DNA from: an uncultured Ignavibacteriales bacterium
GTDB taxonomy: Bacteria; Zixibacteria; MSB-5A5; GN15; FEB-12
Reading direction: 5' to 3'
Assembly: GCA_964571235.1 (NCBI GenBank)
Contig: CAZNAI010000003.1
Span: forward strand, 592,700-656,699
Length of the DNA: 64,000 bases
This document shows positions 40,143 through 50,049 of this stretch, piece by piece. The notes under the pieces were generated by a model. The model was not told the DNA's origin. It ran no database searches and saw only the letters and a list, made by a program, of their open reading frames with translations. Made by a program: the position numbers and the translations under genes. Within the stretch, counting starts at the first letter, position 1. The number at the start of each line of letters is the position of its first letter.

Positions 40143-42302
40143 ATGTTGCCGCGCCAAGCCAGAAAGTCAATCGGTGTTGGACCACTCGTTTCTGCTGTGG
40201 TGCTGTGTCTGTTGTCCAGCGGGTGCGTCTACTTTAATACTTTCTACAATGCCAAGACTGCATTCAACGGCGCCGAGAAAGCACGCAAGGCCTCCGGTAG
40301 TACCGATCTGAACGCGTACGAAACGGCCATCGCCAAGAGTCTGAAAATCATCGACAACTATCCGAAGTCAAAATATTTCGACGACGCGTTGTTTGTACTG
40401 GCGGTGTCGTACTACCACACCAAACGGTACGACAAATCCGAGCGGCGATTGCGTGAACTTCTGGCCAACTATCCGGAATCGAAGTATACACAAGAGGCGA
40501 CACTCTATTTAGCGCAGGCTCGCCTGCAACTGGGCGAGATTCCAGAAGCCATGGCGGGATTCGAGGAGATTTTTCAGGCCGATTATCCCAAAGAATACAA
40601 GGCCAGAGCGGCGCTGGAGCTTGCCAAGTACAACGAGGAAGAAAAAAAGTACGACATTGCCTCCGGGTATTTTCGCTCGGTGCGCGATTCGCTGGGTGAT
40701 CTTGTGCAACAGCGCCAGGCCCAGATAGCAATTGCCGAAGAACTCTACACGAATTTCCAATTCGGCAATGCCTTGGGCGAGTACATGCAGGTGCTTGGGC
40801 TCAAACCGACCAAGCAGGAAGAGTACCACGCCCTGTATCAGGCGGCCGACTGCGCGTACAAGATTACCCGCGTTGCCGACGGTCAGGCATATTTGAAGCG
40901 ACTGGCTGACAATCAACTGTACTTTGATTCGCTCGGCGCACTCAATCTGAAACTGGCAGAAGGGTACGAGCAGGAAGGGGAACTTACCCGCGCACAGGGA
41001 TTGTACGGCGACGCGGCGGCTACGTCGACCAACAAATTGTGGGTGTCGAGGGCATACTACCGGCTTGGTTTGATCTTTCAATTTGACTACGACGATCTGG
41101 AGCAGGCCAAGTACTATTACGACAAAGCGGCAGACGCAGGCCGGGGCTCGGGCAGGCAGACCGATGAAATGACCGACGCCCTCCAGCGGTCGGTTGATAT
41201 TGGAAAAATTGCGGCCTACCGGCCAGCGGAAAAGAAAGCCGACGACACGACCAAAGTGACACAGGTCAAACTCGATGATGCCGCCGCGCGGCTTTTTGAA
41301 CTTGGTCAGCTCTACTGGTACCAACTCGAAAAACCGGACTCGGCAATTGTCGGGATGAAGTACATTGTCGATTCATTTCCAACCGCCCGGATAGCGCCGC
41401 AGGCAATGCTGGCGCTGGCGCAGATGATACGCGAACATGATGGCGATTCCACCGCGGCCGATTCGATCACGCACCTGATTCCCGCGCTGTATCCCAAATC
41501 CGACGCGCTACCGAAAATCTATGAATCGCTGGGTCTCAAAGGAACCTCGGCCGACACCGGATATGCCGAGTTGTATATCAAGCGGGCCGAGGATTTTTGG
41601 ATCGACAGCGCGAATTTGGATTCATCCCGCTATTGGTATCAGTATGTCCTCGATTCATTTCCGCACTCGAAGTTTGTCGATCAGGCCAGATTCACGTTGA
41701 TCTGGCTGAGCGAGGAGTACACAAGTCCAGGCGATTCGACACTTTTCTTCGCCTACAAAGAATTTGCTGATTCATTTCCGCAGTCACCATTTGCGGTTAC
41801 TGCTCGGGCCAAGTTGGGCGCCGGCGGACGTATTGTTCCGCAGGGTGTTGACAGAGATTCAACCGGCGATTCAACCGCGTTCGCGGCGCACACCGGGGAT
41901 GATGACAGTCTTTTCTACGAAGGTCAGCCTGCTGATTCCGGCGCGGCGCCGTTGCCTCCCACAAACGATCCGCAGTACGCCTACTATTTCCGGGGCGATG
42001 ACACGCTCATTCTGCTCACCCTTCAGCCGATTCGCACGGAAGAGCCATTTGATTTTCCGCAAGAGGCCTATAACATAGAGTGGAACGATTTCATCCTGTA
42101 TTTTCAATTGCACCTTGATTTCTCGGGGAAAGTTGATGATTATCTGCTCAAGACACCGTCGGGAAATGATGAAATAGACCGTCGGGTAAAAAGACATGTT
42201 GAAACCAGCACATTCAATCCACAGCAGATTCGCGGCGAGTTTCAGGGAACCTGGTTTGTCTGGAAGTTCATCGTGTCAAAGCCCGAGCATCTGAGACGAT
42301 GA
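40143..42302 (+). CDS. TPR-repeat lipoprotein
   Basis: A lipobox is present (LLSSGC). Repeated YPxSxYxxxAL patterns resemble YbgF/BamD. An alternative GTG start at 40116 would overlap the Sir2 gene by 4 nt. Confidence 0.7.
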   Translation: MLPRQARKSIGVGPLVSAVVLCLLSSGCVYFNTFYNAKTAFNGAEKARKASGSTDLNAYETAIAKSLKIIDNYPKSKYFDDALFVLAVSYYHTKRYDKSERRLRELLANYPESKYTQEATLYLAQARLQLGEIPEAMAGFEEIFQADYPKEYKARAALELAKYNEEEKKYDIASGYFRSVRDSLGDLVQQRQAQIAIAEELYTNFQFGNALGEYMQVLGLKPTKQEEYHALYQAADCAYKITRVADGQAYLKRLADNQLYFDSLGALNLKLAEGYEQEGELTRAQGLYGDAAATSTNKLWVSRAYYRLGLIFQFDYDDLEQAKYYYDKAADAGRGSGRQTDEMTDALQRSVDIGKIAAYRPAEKKADDTTKVTQVKLDDAAARLFELGQLYWYQLEKPDSAIVGMKYIVDSFPTARIAPQAMLALAQMIREHDGDSTAADSITHLIPALYPKSDALPKIYESLGLKGTSADTGYAELYIKRAEDFWIDSANLDSSRYWYQYVLDSFPHSKFVDQARFTLIWLSEEYTSPGDSTLFFAYKEFADSFPQSPFAVTARAKLGAGGRIVPQGVDRDSTGDSTAFAAHTGDDDSLFYEGQPADSGAAPLPPTNDPQYAYYFRGDDTLILLTLQPIRTEEPFDFPQEAYNIEWNDFILYFQLHLDFSGKVDDYLLKTPSGNDEIDRRVKRHVETSTFNPQQIRGEFQGTWFVWKFIVSKPEHLRR

Positions 42303-43096
42303 CCAAACCTACCTGCGAAGACACGACCCTTGTCGCCGTTCGCGATCTGCATCACGGTTACTATTCTTTTACCATCGCGCCGTATGCACGAGCCGCGGAG
42401 TGCCATCCAGGGAGCTTTGTCCATGTCCAACTGACCGCCACTGATGTCTATCTCCGGCGAGCGATGTCGGTCGCGTCGGTTAATCCGCGCAAACATGAGC
42501 TTGAGATTATCTTCAAAGTATTCGGGCGGGGCACATCGGTCTTGTCACAATTCAAACCCGGCGCCAAGCTGAATATTCTCGGACCGTTGGGAATCGGTTT
42601 TAGCGCGGCGCGATCGAATTTTCATCCTGTGTTGGTAGCCGGTGGGGTGGGGTTTCCACCGCTCATGTACCTTGCCCAAGAAATGATCCACGACGGTTTC
42701 GATCCAAAGCACATTCACTTTTTCTACGGCGGCCGTACCTCTGACGATCTGGTCGAGCGGGCGAGAATAAAAAAACTGGGGGTGAAGTTCTATCCGGTGA
42801 CCGAGGACGGTTCCGTGGGAGACAAAGGGCTGGTTACTGCCTCGGTTGAGAAATTCATAGCCGCGCATCATGGTCAAAAGCGACTTCGATTGTATGGTTG
42901 CGGTCCGGAAAAAATGCTCAAAGCGGTTGACGACCTGGGTATGAAGTACGGTGTGGCGGGACAGATTTCGCTGGAGGCACCGATGCCGTGCGGTATAGGT
43001 ATCTGCCTGGGGTGTGTGGTCAATATGCGGGCGGGCGGACATTCGCGCGTCTGCACCGAAGGTCCGGTCTTTGAAATCGGCGAGGTGCTCCTGTGA
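42299..43096 (+). CDS. pyrK: Dihydroorotate dehydrogenase B, electron-transfer subunit
   Basis: An FNR-like fold is combined with the C-terminal 2Fe-2S motif CGIGICLGCVV...RVCTEGPVF. The gene overlaps pyrD by 4 nt. Confidence 0.85.
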   Translation: MTKPTCEDTTLVAVRDLHHGYYSFTIAPYARAAECHPGSFVHVQLTATDVYLRRAMSVASVNPRKHELEIIFKVFGRGTSVLSQFKPGAKLNILGPLGIGFSAARSNFHPVLVAGGVGFPPLMYLAQEMIHDGFDPKHIHFFYGGRTSDDLVERARIKKLGVKFYPVTEDGSVGDKGLVTASVEKFIAAHHGQKRLRLYGCGPEKMLKAVDDLGMKYGVAGQISLEAPMPCGIGICLGCVVNMRAGGHSRVCTEGPVFEIGEVLL

Positions 43097-44010
43097 CCCC
43101 CGATCTGCGCGTCACTATTGCTGGCGTGGAATTCGCCAATCCGATCATGACCGCTTCCGGGTGCTGTAACTACGGCGAGGAGCTGGCGCAGGTGTTTCCG
43201 CTCTCCAAGCTTGGCGCATTGGTCACCAAATCGATCACGCAAAAGCCGCGCCTGGGGCACAAAGTTCCGCGAACCGCCGAGACTGCCGCTGGAATGCTCA
43301 ACGCGATCGGGCTGGCGAATGTGGGAATCGACGCCTTCATCACCGACAAGATTCCGTTTCTTGAAAAACAGAAAACGAAAATAATTGTCAATGTGGCCGG
43401 GGCAACGATCAACGAATATGTTGAGGTCTCGGCGCGACTGGCTGATATCCCGCGAGTTGACATGCTCGAGATAAATATCAGTTGCCCTAATGTAGACGAA
43501 GGCGGGCTTGAGTTCGGGCAAAGCCCCGTATTGACCGAAAAATGTATCGCAGGCGTTCGTAAAGTATTTCCGCGACCAATTATCGCCAAACTGGCTCCCA
43601 ACGTGACCGACATCACGCAAATCGCCAATGCCGCGCATCAGGGGGGAGCGGATGCCTTCGCGGTTATTAATTCTCTGGTGGGGACATCCATAGATATTGA
43701 ATCATGGCGGCCGCGCCTGACCAATAACAAAGGCGGCCTGACCGGTCCGGCAATCAAGCCGATCGCGCTGGCAATGGTCGACAAAGTGTACAACGCCTGC
43801 AAACTCCCTATCATAGGCATTGGCGGAATAACAGATTATCGCGACGTAATAGAATTCTTGCTGGTCGGTGCGAGCGCGGTTCAAGTTGGTACAGCGTTGT
43901 TCGTTCGGCCCGATGCGCCAGTGCACATCGCCGCCGATCTTTCAGAGTATATGAAAAAACGAAAACTGGCCGGCATAAACGATTTAGTCGGCAAGGTGAA
44001 AAAATACTGA
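43093..44010 (+). CDS. pyrD: Dihydroorotate dehydrogenase B, catalytic subunit
   Basis: FANPIMTASGC, NISCPN, GGLTGPAIKP and IIGIGGI are present. Confidence 0.92.
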   Translation: MTPDLRVTIAGVEFANPIMTASGCCNYGEELAQVFPLSKLGALVTKSITQKPRLGHKVPRTAETAAGMLNAIGLANVGIDAFITDKIPFLEKQKTKIIVNVAGATINEYVEVSARLADIPRVDMLEINISCPNVDEGGLEFGQSPVLTEKCIAGVRKVFPRPIIAKLAPNVTDITQIANAAHQGGADAFAVINSLVGTSIDIESWRPRLTNNKGGLTGPAIKPIALAMVDKVYNACKLPIIGIGGITDYRDVIEFLLVGASAVQVGTALFVRPDAPVHIAADLSEYMKKRKLAGINDLVGKVKKY

Positions 44011-44906
44011 TGAGCGCACTCAAACGGCTTCAAAATATACAGCAAACCAACAAATCGATGATCTGCCTGGGGCTCGATCTCGATCCGAAAAAGATGCATT
44101 CAGATTACGGCGGCACTGTCAAGGGGATGTTCGAATTTGCCCACCGTGTGATCGATGCTACTTCCGATATCGTCTGTGCCTACAAACCGAATATGGCGTT
44201 TTTTGAGGCATTTGGGCCGGAGGGATTCTCACTGTTGCGATTGATCGTCCAGCGGATTCCGGAAAATGTCGTGATTATTCTCGACGGCAAGCGCGGGGAT
44301 ATCGGCAACACCGCACAATTTTACGCCGACTCAGCCTACGATACTTTTCGGGCGGACTGGGTGACGATCAACCCGTACATGGGGTACGATTCAATCCGAC
44401 CCTTTTTGGAAAACAAAGACAAGGGCGCGTTCATTCTCTGCCTGACATCAAATCCCGGCTCAAAAGACTTTCAGCAATTGAATGTCGAGGGCTCGCCGCT
44501 CTATCGCGTGGTTGCCGAGAAAGTCAGTTTCTGGAACAAAGATCACAACTGCGGGCTGGTGGTTGGCGCCACACACCCGGAACAACTGCGCGAAATTCGC
44601 GGTGTCGCCGGCGACATGCCATTGCTTGTGCCCGGTGTTGGAGCGCAGGGGGGATCGCTCGAGGAATCCGCTCTGCTTTCTACCGATCATTTCAAAAAGA
44701 CAGCGGTCATCAATGTCTCGCGCTCGGTACTGTATGCGTCGACTGAAAAAGATTTTGCCCAGCGCGCCCGCGGTGAGATCATGCGATTAAACGCAGAAGT
44801 AGAGCGCTTGCGAACCGGAAATGCGCCCGCCCAACCGACTGCGCCGGTAGTTGCGACAGAATCCGTTCCGCAAGAACCGCCACCGGGTGATCAGCCGGCT
44901 TCTTGA
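44010..44906 (+). CDS. pyrF: Orotidine 5'-phosphate decarboxylase (type 2)
   Basis: ICLGLDLDP, ILDGKRGDIGNT and LVPGVGAQGG are present. There is a TGATG stop/start overlap with pyrD. Confidence 0.9.
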   Translation: MSALKRLQNIQQTNKSMICLGLDLDPKKMHSDYGGTVKGMFEFAHRVIDATSDIVCAYKPNMAFFEAFGPEGFSLLRLIVQRIPENVVIILDGKRGDIGNTAQFYADSAYDTFRADWVTINPYMGYDSIRPFLENKDKGAFILCLTSNPGSKDFQQLNVEGSPLYRVVAEKVSFWNKDHNCGLVVGATHPEQLREIRGVAGDMPLLVPGVGAQGGSLEESALLSTDHFKKTAVINVSRSVLYASTEKDFAQRARGEIMRLNAEVERLRTGNAPAQPTAPVVATESVPQEPPPGDQPAS

Positions 44907-44914
44907 GATTTCGT

Positions 44915-44942
44915 GAAGGGCGGGTTTGTCTTTGAACCCGCC
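44915..44942 (+). repeat. C-family hairpin after pyrF
   Basis: The sequence is gaagggcgggtttgtctttgaacccgcc. Confidence 0.8.
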
Positions 44943-44952
44943 AAATTAGCGC

Positions 44953-45516
44953 CTACAAATTATCCGCCTGGTGCGCTAACAGCGAATAGATCAGGCCGTC
45001 GTGCCAGTCGCGATCGTAGAAGTAATGCTGACGTAGCACTCCGTCGCGCTTAAATCCCGCCGACTCAAGCAAACGAATTGCGCCCGCGTTAAACGAGGCC
45101 GTTTGCGCATACACTTTGTTCAGTCCTCTAAAGTGAAACAGGTAGCGGCACAAAATCCGCACTGATTCAAGCGCAAATTTCTTCCCTCGCTCATCGGGAT
45201 CGATCAGGATACCGAACTCGGCAGACCGGTTCAGCGAGTTGTAATCAAAGTAAACAATCCGCCCGATCGGCACGTTGTCGGCGACTTTCACAATCATGAA
45301 CCGTTCGCGATCAGTTGATTTGTCCGCCTTTTTGAATGCTTCCACAGCCTCGGCGGCCGAGTGGACTGCATGCGGGCGGCACGATTGCGACATCGGCTCG
45401 GACATCAAAAACCAATGATGGGTATTGGCGATATCGTCGGCGGTCACCGGCCTCAGATAGATGCGTTGGCCGACCAGCGAGGGCGGCGTGGTGAGAATCG
45501 GTTTTTTGTCGGCCAT
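44953..45516 (-). CDS. GNAT family N-acetyltransferase (RimJ/RimL-like)
   Basis: IYLRPVTADD is followed by the acetyl-CoA region RGKKFALESVRILCRYLF and then NAGAIRLLESAGFKRDG. Confidence 0.85.
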   Translation of the reverse strand: MADKKPILTTPPSLVGQRIYLRPVTADDIANTHHWFLMSEPMSQSCRPHAVHSAAEAVEAFKKADKSTDRERFMIVKVADNVPIGRIVYFDYNSLNRSAEFGILIDPDERGKKFALESVRILCRYLFHFRGLNKVYAQTASFNAGAIRLLESAGFKRDGVLRQHYFYDRDWHDGLIYSLLAHQADNL

Positions 45517-46067
45517 CAGGAATACCTCTGGCGAATTTGGGTCAGATTGTCGCGATACATTTTGAGCGCTTCCTTAATAGTGTGCACGGCGTCGATTCGC
45601 CCCCGAAAATGATCGACCACCACTTCTTTGTGCTCAAGCGCCTTATAGTCCTCGAAAAACCGTCGCAATTCATGCAGGCGGTGCTTCGGTAAAGCAGAAA
45701 TGTCCTCGTAGGTGTTGTAGGCGGGGTCGCCCAAATGCACCGCGATGATCTTGTCGTCCTGTCCCTTTTCGTCGCGCATCGACATCATGCCGATCGGCCG
45801 GCACTGCACGATGCACATGGGCGTGATCGCCTCTTGGCAAAGAACCAGGATATCAAGTGGATCCTGATCGTCGCAGAAAGTCTTCGGAATAAATCCGTAG
45901 TTGGCCGGATAGTGAACCGCGCTATACAACACACGGTCAGCCATCAGTATTCCGGTTTTCTTGTCCAGTTCGTATTTGTTTTTGCTTCCCTCGGATATCT
46001 CGATAATTGCATTGACTGCGTCATCTATCCATTCACCGGGGTTTACATCGTGCCAGGGGTGGGCCAT
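45516..46067 (-). CDS. ppa: Inorganic pyrophosphatase (family I)
   Basis: The sequence [16 protein letters not shown]...[24 protein letters not shown] matches family I. Confidence 0.92.
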   Translation of the reverse strand: MAHPWHDVNPGEWIDDAVNAIIEISEGSKNKYELDKKTGILMADRVLYSAVHYPANYGFIPKTFCDDQDPLDILVLCQEAITPMCIVQCRPIGMMSMRDEKGQDDKIIAVHLGDPAYNTYEDISALPKHRLHELRRFFEDYKALEHKEVVVDHFRGRIDAVHTIKEALKMYRDNLTQIRQRYS

Positions 46068-46173
46068 ATCGTCTCCGTTTTAAGTCGGGGTAGTATAGGG
46101 GGAACTCAGGTCGAGGGCAACTGAGAAAGATGGCTGGCGCGTTGATAGCCGACCGCCCCGCGGTCGAACTTCG

Positions 46174-46239
46174 CCTTGGTAACCCGACCTTTAGGTTGGG
46201 TTCTTCAAAATGGCCGGTTCAAAGCCGAACGCGCCCTAC
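46174..46239. repeat. Composite D (46174-46208) + C-rc (46212-46239)
   Basis: The same two-element composite recurs at 47432-47497. Confidence 0.85.
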
Positions 46240-46281
46240 AAGAACTTGTGGCAATCGCCCCGCGCATGTATCTTCCCGCCC

Positions 46282-46758
46282 ATGGACCCCTCTCTCTATC
46301 CTGATTTCATGGCTGTCGCTCTGCGCGAGGCCCAGATCGCCTTTGAAAAAAACGAGGTCCCGGTCGGCGCGGTGGTGGTCCATGACAACCGGGTGATCGG
46401 GCGGGGGCATAATCTCACCGAGTCGCTCCACGACGCCACCGCTCACGCCGAGATGATCGCGCTGTCGGCGGCCTTTAATTCGCTTGGCGACTGGCGGCTG
46501 GAGGATTGCTTTTTGTTCTCGACGCTGGAGCCATGCATTATGTGCGCCTCGGCGTCGGTGCTGTCGCGGGTGAACACAATAGTTTATGGCGCACGTGATC
46601 CGAAATTCGGCGGATGCGGGTCGATTCTGACTATCCCGACTATTGAGAAACTGAATCACCGGTGCGAGATTGTCGGCGGCGTCTGCGAGCATGAAGTCGC
46701 CGAACTGATGAAGACATTCTTTCAGCAGGTGCGGAAGAATAAGAGCAGGGTGAACTAG
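46282..46758 (+). CDS. tadA: tRNA-specific adenosine deaminase
   Basis: HAEMIAL and the EPCIMCASA zinc motifs are present. ATG 46282 was chosen because the track start 46210 lies in the repeat composite. Confidence 0.9.
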   Translation: MDPSLYPDFMAVALREAQIAFEKNEVPVGAVVVHDNRVIGRGHNLTESLHDATAHAEMIALSAAFNSLGDWRLEDCFLFSTLEPCIMCASASVLSRVNTIVYGARDPKFGGCGSILTIPTIEKLNHRCEIVGGVCEHEVAELMKTFFQQVRKNKSRVN

Positions 46759-46772
46759 AGAAGGCAGGTAGC

Positions 46773-47294
46773 ATGATTCCCGAGGGACGTAGTAACACTG
46801 ATTTCGACCTTTCTTCCATCGTCATCAAGCCGCTCTATTTCGGCCTGTTTATCAATATCCTGATTCCGACTGTGCTACTCCTTGTCTGCTACTACATCGA
46901 AACTCACGGCTCACTTCATAATCAGCTCGGGCTTGAGGCCGGCACCTATTTCTATATCTTTGCCGGCGCGGCGGTAGTCGAGGCCGGCGTGGCGCTCTGG
47001 TATCGTTTCAAACTTTTATCGCGGCCAATGGTTCGCGCGATTGGTTCTGCCGAGGCTGATATCAAAGAACAACTTTCCGCCCGTCTAAAACCGGTCTTTA
47101 TGATGGTCGCCGCGATCAGTTTCTGGGGAGTGCTCTTTTATGCTCTGACCGGGCGCTTTGAGAGCAGTCTGCTCTTTGTAGTATTCTCATTTATCGTCTT
47201 TCAGTTCATCCGCCCTCGCTACGGCTCTGTACAGAAGCTGATCGACAAACAGTTGGCCATGGCCGAGCGCGGGGAACTGTTAAGGCAGGCCTAA
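46773..47294 (+). CDS. Membrane protein, unknown function
   Basis: The call rests on four hydrophobic helices. No motif was recognised. Confidence 0.45.
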   Translation: MIPEGRSNTDFDLSSIVIKPLYFGLFINILIPTVLLLVCYYIETHGSLHNQLGLEAGTYFYIFAGAAVVEAGVALWYRFKLLSRPMVRAIGSAEADIKEQLSARLKPVFMMVAAISFWGVLFYALTGRFESSLLFVVFSFIVFQFIRPRYGSVQKLIDKQLAMAERGELLRQA

Positions 47295-47310
47295 TACAAT
47301 CTTCTTCTTC

Positions 47311-47537
47311 GTAGGGCAGGAGCCCTGCGCTCCTGCCACCTTATAGTTCTTTTCTTCGTAGGGCAGGCTCGTCTTCGAGCCTGCACTGCTTGGCAGTCCG
47401 CTGAGTTTTCAAAAACTTTGCTTCTTCTGGCCCTTGGTAACCCAACTCTTAGGTTGGGCTCTTCAAGATCGCGGGTTCAAAAACGAACCCGCTCTACACG
47501 GACATTCGACTTCACCCTGAGCTTGTCGAAGGGTCCC
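47311..47537. repeat. Repeat mosaic before tRNA-Ser: M (47311-47337, 47358-47386), D (47432-47466), C-rc (47471-47497), F-rc (47508-47537)
   Basis: The M copies are gtagggcaggagccctgcgctcctgcc and gtagggcaggctcgtcttcgagcctgcac. The other elements are identical or near-identical to copies elsewhere in the window. Confidence 0.85.
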
Positions 47538-47626
47538 AACCCGGCCGCTATCTTTTCCTTTACACCCGCCCGAAAATCCGTACATTTGGCCCTTCCGGGG
47601 CAATCCCGGATAAGACGCTTGAGATC

Positions 47627-47715
47627 GGAGAGGTGGCTGAGTGGTCGAAAGCGGCGGTCTCGAAAACCGTTATACCCTTTGGGTATCTAGGGTTCGAATC
47701 CCTACCTCTCCGCCA
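47627..47715 (+). tRNA. tRNA-Ser (anticodon CGA), CCA encoded
   Basis: The sequence is GGAGAGGTGGCTGAGTGGTCGAAAGCGGCGGTCTCGAAAACCG, a long variable arm, then GGTTCGAATCCCTACCTCTCCGCCA. Confidence 0.9.
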
Positions 47716-47733
47716 TGAGCCATGCTGGCTCAA

Positions 47734-47781
47734 CCTTGGGCCTTCGGCGCCAGACTGTGTCTGGACTTTGGGCCTTCGGCG
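47734..47781 (+). repeat. tRNA-trailing hairpin element (third copy) flanked by direct repeat cttgggccttcggcg
   Basis: The sequence is ccttgggccttcggcg-ccagactgtgtctgg-actttgggccttcggcg; compare 16131-16253. Confidence 0.8.
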
Positions 47782-47881
47782 TTTCGCATCAATAACTGTT
47801 TTGAGTATACTCTTCGATCATACCCCTCTTTCAATATTGGATTGAACCTTCTAACTTTGGGCGACATAGCGACCGACCAAA

Positions 47882-49906
47882 ATGCCGAAACCAAAGACAA
47901 CCGCCCACACTCTCTACTTCGCCTACTACATCACGATCTCGTTACTTATCCTTGGCTCCTTTCTCGACGGATCTCGGACATGGGGGATCAACACCTTCGC
48001 CTATTTGCCGCTTCCGCTCACATTGTCGGTCCTGGTTCTCCTCACCATAGCGCCCGCACTGATTGCCAAGCTGAAGTGGCTGGAAGTTGACCAAGGCAAG
48101 GAATCAGGAGAAACACAACCGAGGGCGGTGTACGTCGTAGCCGGAGCTATTCTGGCAATGCTCATCTCCGGGTGTGTCTTTTATCTCCTCAGGGCGAAAA
48201 CCCATTTCTTGGGCGACGGCTATTCACTGCTTGCCAATCTCGGGAAATGGATACCGTACCAAAAGTCAACCGAACTCGGCACGGATATCGCAGTCCAGTG
48301 GGTGGCGCGTTGGGTTGATGTCACAAGTTACGAACTTGCCGCGCGAACTTATCAATTCATCGCGATAGGATCTGGGATGATCTTAGTTGCGGCGACGGTC
48401 TTCTTCGGGCGCATCTTTTTCAACAGGCGACAAGACAAGCTGTTGTTTGCGCTGTTGGCAGTTTCGGGGGGACAGATGCTCTTGTTCTTCGGGTATGTCG
48501 AAAACTATGCGCTCCTATCACTCTTTTCGGCATTGTTAGTATTGGTCGGTATCGGAGTCGCGCGCGGCAAATTCCGACGCTTGACAATCTTGCTTCCGCT
48601 CGCACTGGCACTGTTTTTCCACCTCCTGGCGCTGGTTCTTGTTCCCGCCACGGTCTACTTGTTGATGCGAAACTCGAAATTTGGACTGTGGTTCGGGAAG
48701 CGTTCATTGACGGCGAAATGGGGCCTGGTGGCTGGAACTGCCGTAGTTGCCATGGTCGCCTTGTTGCTGTCAGGAGACCAAGCGCTCTTTTTCCAACTCA
48801 CGGTCGTGCCGCTTGCCGCAGGCAAATTCACTGTGCGAGGATACACACTCCTTTCCCCAAGCCACATCCTGGACTTTGCCAATCTGATCTTCCTGCTTTG
48901 CCCCGGCATTTTGGTTTGTCTCGTGGCAATCAAACGCCGCACGCTCAAGTCACTCTTCGCCCAGCCAGAGTACGCGTTTCTCGGTATCGTGACACTTTCT
49001 ACGCTGTGCGCCTCATTCCTGCTCGATCCGAAACTCGGCATGGCTCGCGACTGGGACTTGCTTTCACTTGCGGGATTTCCACTGTCGGTTCTCACGGCAT
49101 TCGTGCTTCTTGATCGCAACGACCGGATTGGAAACAGCGGTATTGTCCTCGCCAGTTTGCTGGGTCTGGCTGTGTTGTTCAGTCGAGCCGCCGTACAGTT
49201 CCTGCCTGTTAGCGGGGCAGAATACGCCGAGGATGTCATGAAGCTCGACCTTGCGCGTAGCCGGAATGCCTTCACCAGTCTGATTGATTACCACGGCTCC
49301 GTGGGCAATCGATCGAAATCAGCCGAGATCAAGAACTACTGGCAAGGCGTGTATCCCGAAGTCGGCGCGCTTCGCCAGGTGACATCCATGTTTGCCAGCG
49401 GGCAGTTGCCGCAGGGTAAACAAATGCTGGATGCGGTTATTGCTCGTTCGCCCGAATATGCCGAAGCCTGGGCCGGTCTTTGTATTTATTACTACCGCAC
49501 ACGTCAATACGATAGTGCGCTTTTCGCTGGAGGGATCGCCAGCGGCCTCAATCCGAACAACCCGACAGTGTTGTTCAATATGGGTCTTGCGCAGTACTCG
49601 CTTGGCAACTCCGGCGACGCCGAGCGACTTTGGTTGAAATCACTAAAGATCGACTCGAGCTTTGCGGCTCTGTCGCTGGCCCACCTATATCGTGACAGGG
49701 GCGACTCAACGCAATACGCGACTTTCCTTTTCTCTGCGGCCTCGCGATCCACCGCTCGCCCCGATGAACTGAAAGAGGCAATTCAACTTGCGATAAATCG
49801 CCGTCAATTCGACCTCGGCTCTCGGTTTGTACAGAAATACCAAGTGATTGGGGCCGACAGCGTTTGGCTAGACAGTTTGCTCTCCCAATTTCCGAATCTG
49901 AAGTAG
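47882..49906 (+). CDS. Polytopic membrane protein with C-terminal TPR domain (glycosyltransferase-39/O-antigen-polymerase-like architecture)
   Basis: About 12 hydrophobic segments are followed by TPR-like repeats (AEAWAGLCIYYYRTRQYDSALFAGGIASGLNPNN ...). It is a paralog of the partial gene at 1..398. Confidence 0.7.
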   Translation: MPKPKTTAHTLYFAYYITISLLILGSFLDGSRTWGINTFAYLPLPLTLSVLVLLTIAPALIAKLKWLEVDQGKESGETQPRAVYVVAGAILAMLISGCVFYLLRAKTHFLGDGYSLLANLGKWIPYQKSTELGTDIAVQWVARWVDVTSYELAARTYQFIAIGSGMILVAATVFFGRIFFNRRQDKLLFALLAVSGGQMLLFFGYVENYALLSLFSALLVLVGIGVARGKFRRLTILLPLALALFFHLLALVLVPATVYLLMRNSKFGLWFGKRSLTAKWGLVAGTAVVAMVALLLSGDQALFFQLTVVPLAAGKFTVRGYTLLSPSHILDFANLIFLLCPGILVCLVAIKRRTLKSLFAQPEYAFLGIVTLSTLCASFLLDPKLGMARDWDLLSLAGFPLSVLTAFVLLDRNDRIGNSGIVLASLLGLAVLFSRAAVQFLPVSGAEYAEDVMKLDLARSRNAFTSLIDYHGSVGNRSKSAEIKNYWQGVYPEVGALRQVTSMFASGQLPQGKQMLDAVIARSPEYAEAWAGLCIYYYRTRQYDSALFAGGIASGLNPNNPTVLFNMGLAQYSLGNSGDAERLWLKSLKIDSSFAALSLAHLYRDRGDSTQYATFLFSAASRSTARPDELKEAIQLAINRRQFDLGSRFVQKYQVIGADSVWLDSLLSQFPNLK

Positions 49907-50049
49907 GCTAAAGTTGACGAAGCACAAAACCTCCACTTGTGATTGACAGTTCCACACTCAATTAATATTGTCACCAACAGAGTTTCTATGTGTTAGCAAG
50001 TACAACCGGGGACCTTTACGCCAAATAGAACATTTGACCAGGTGATCCT

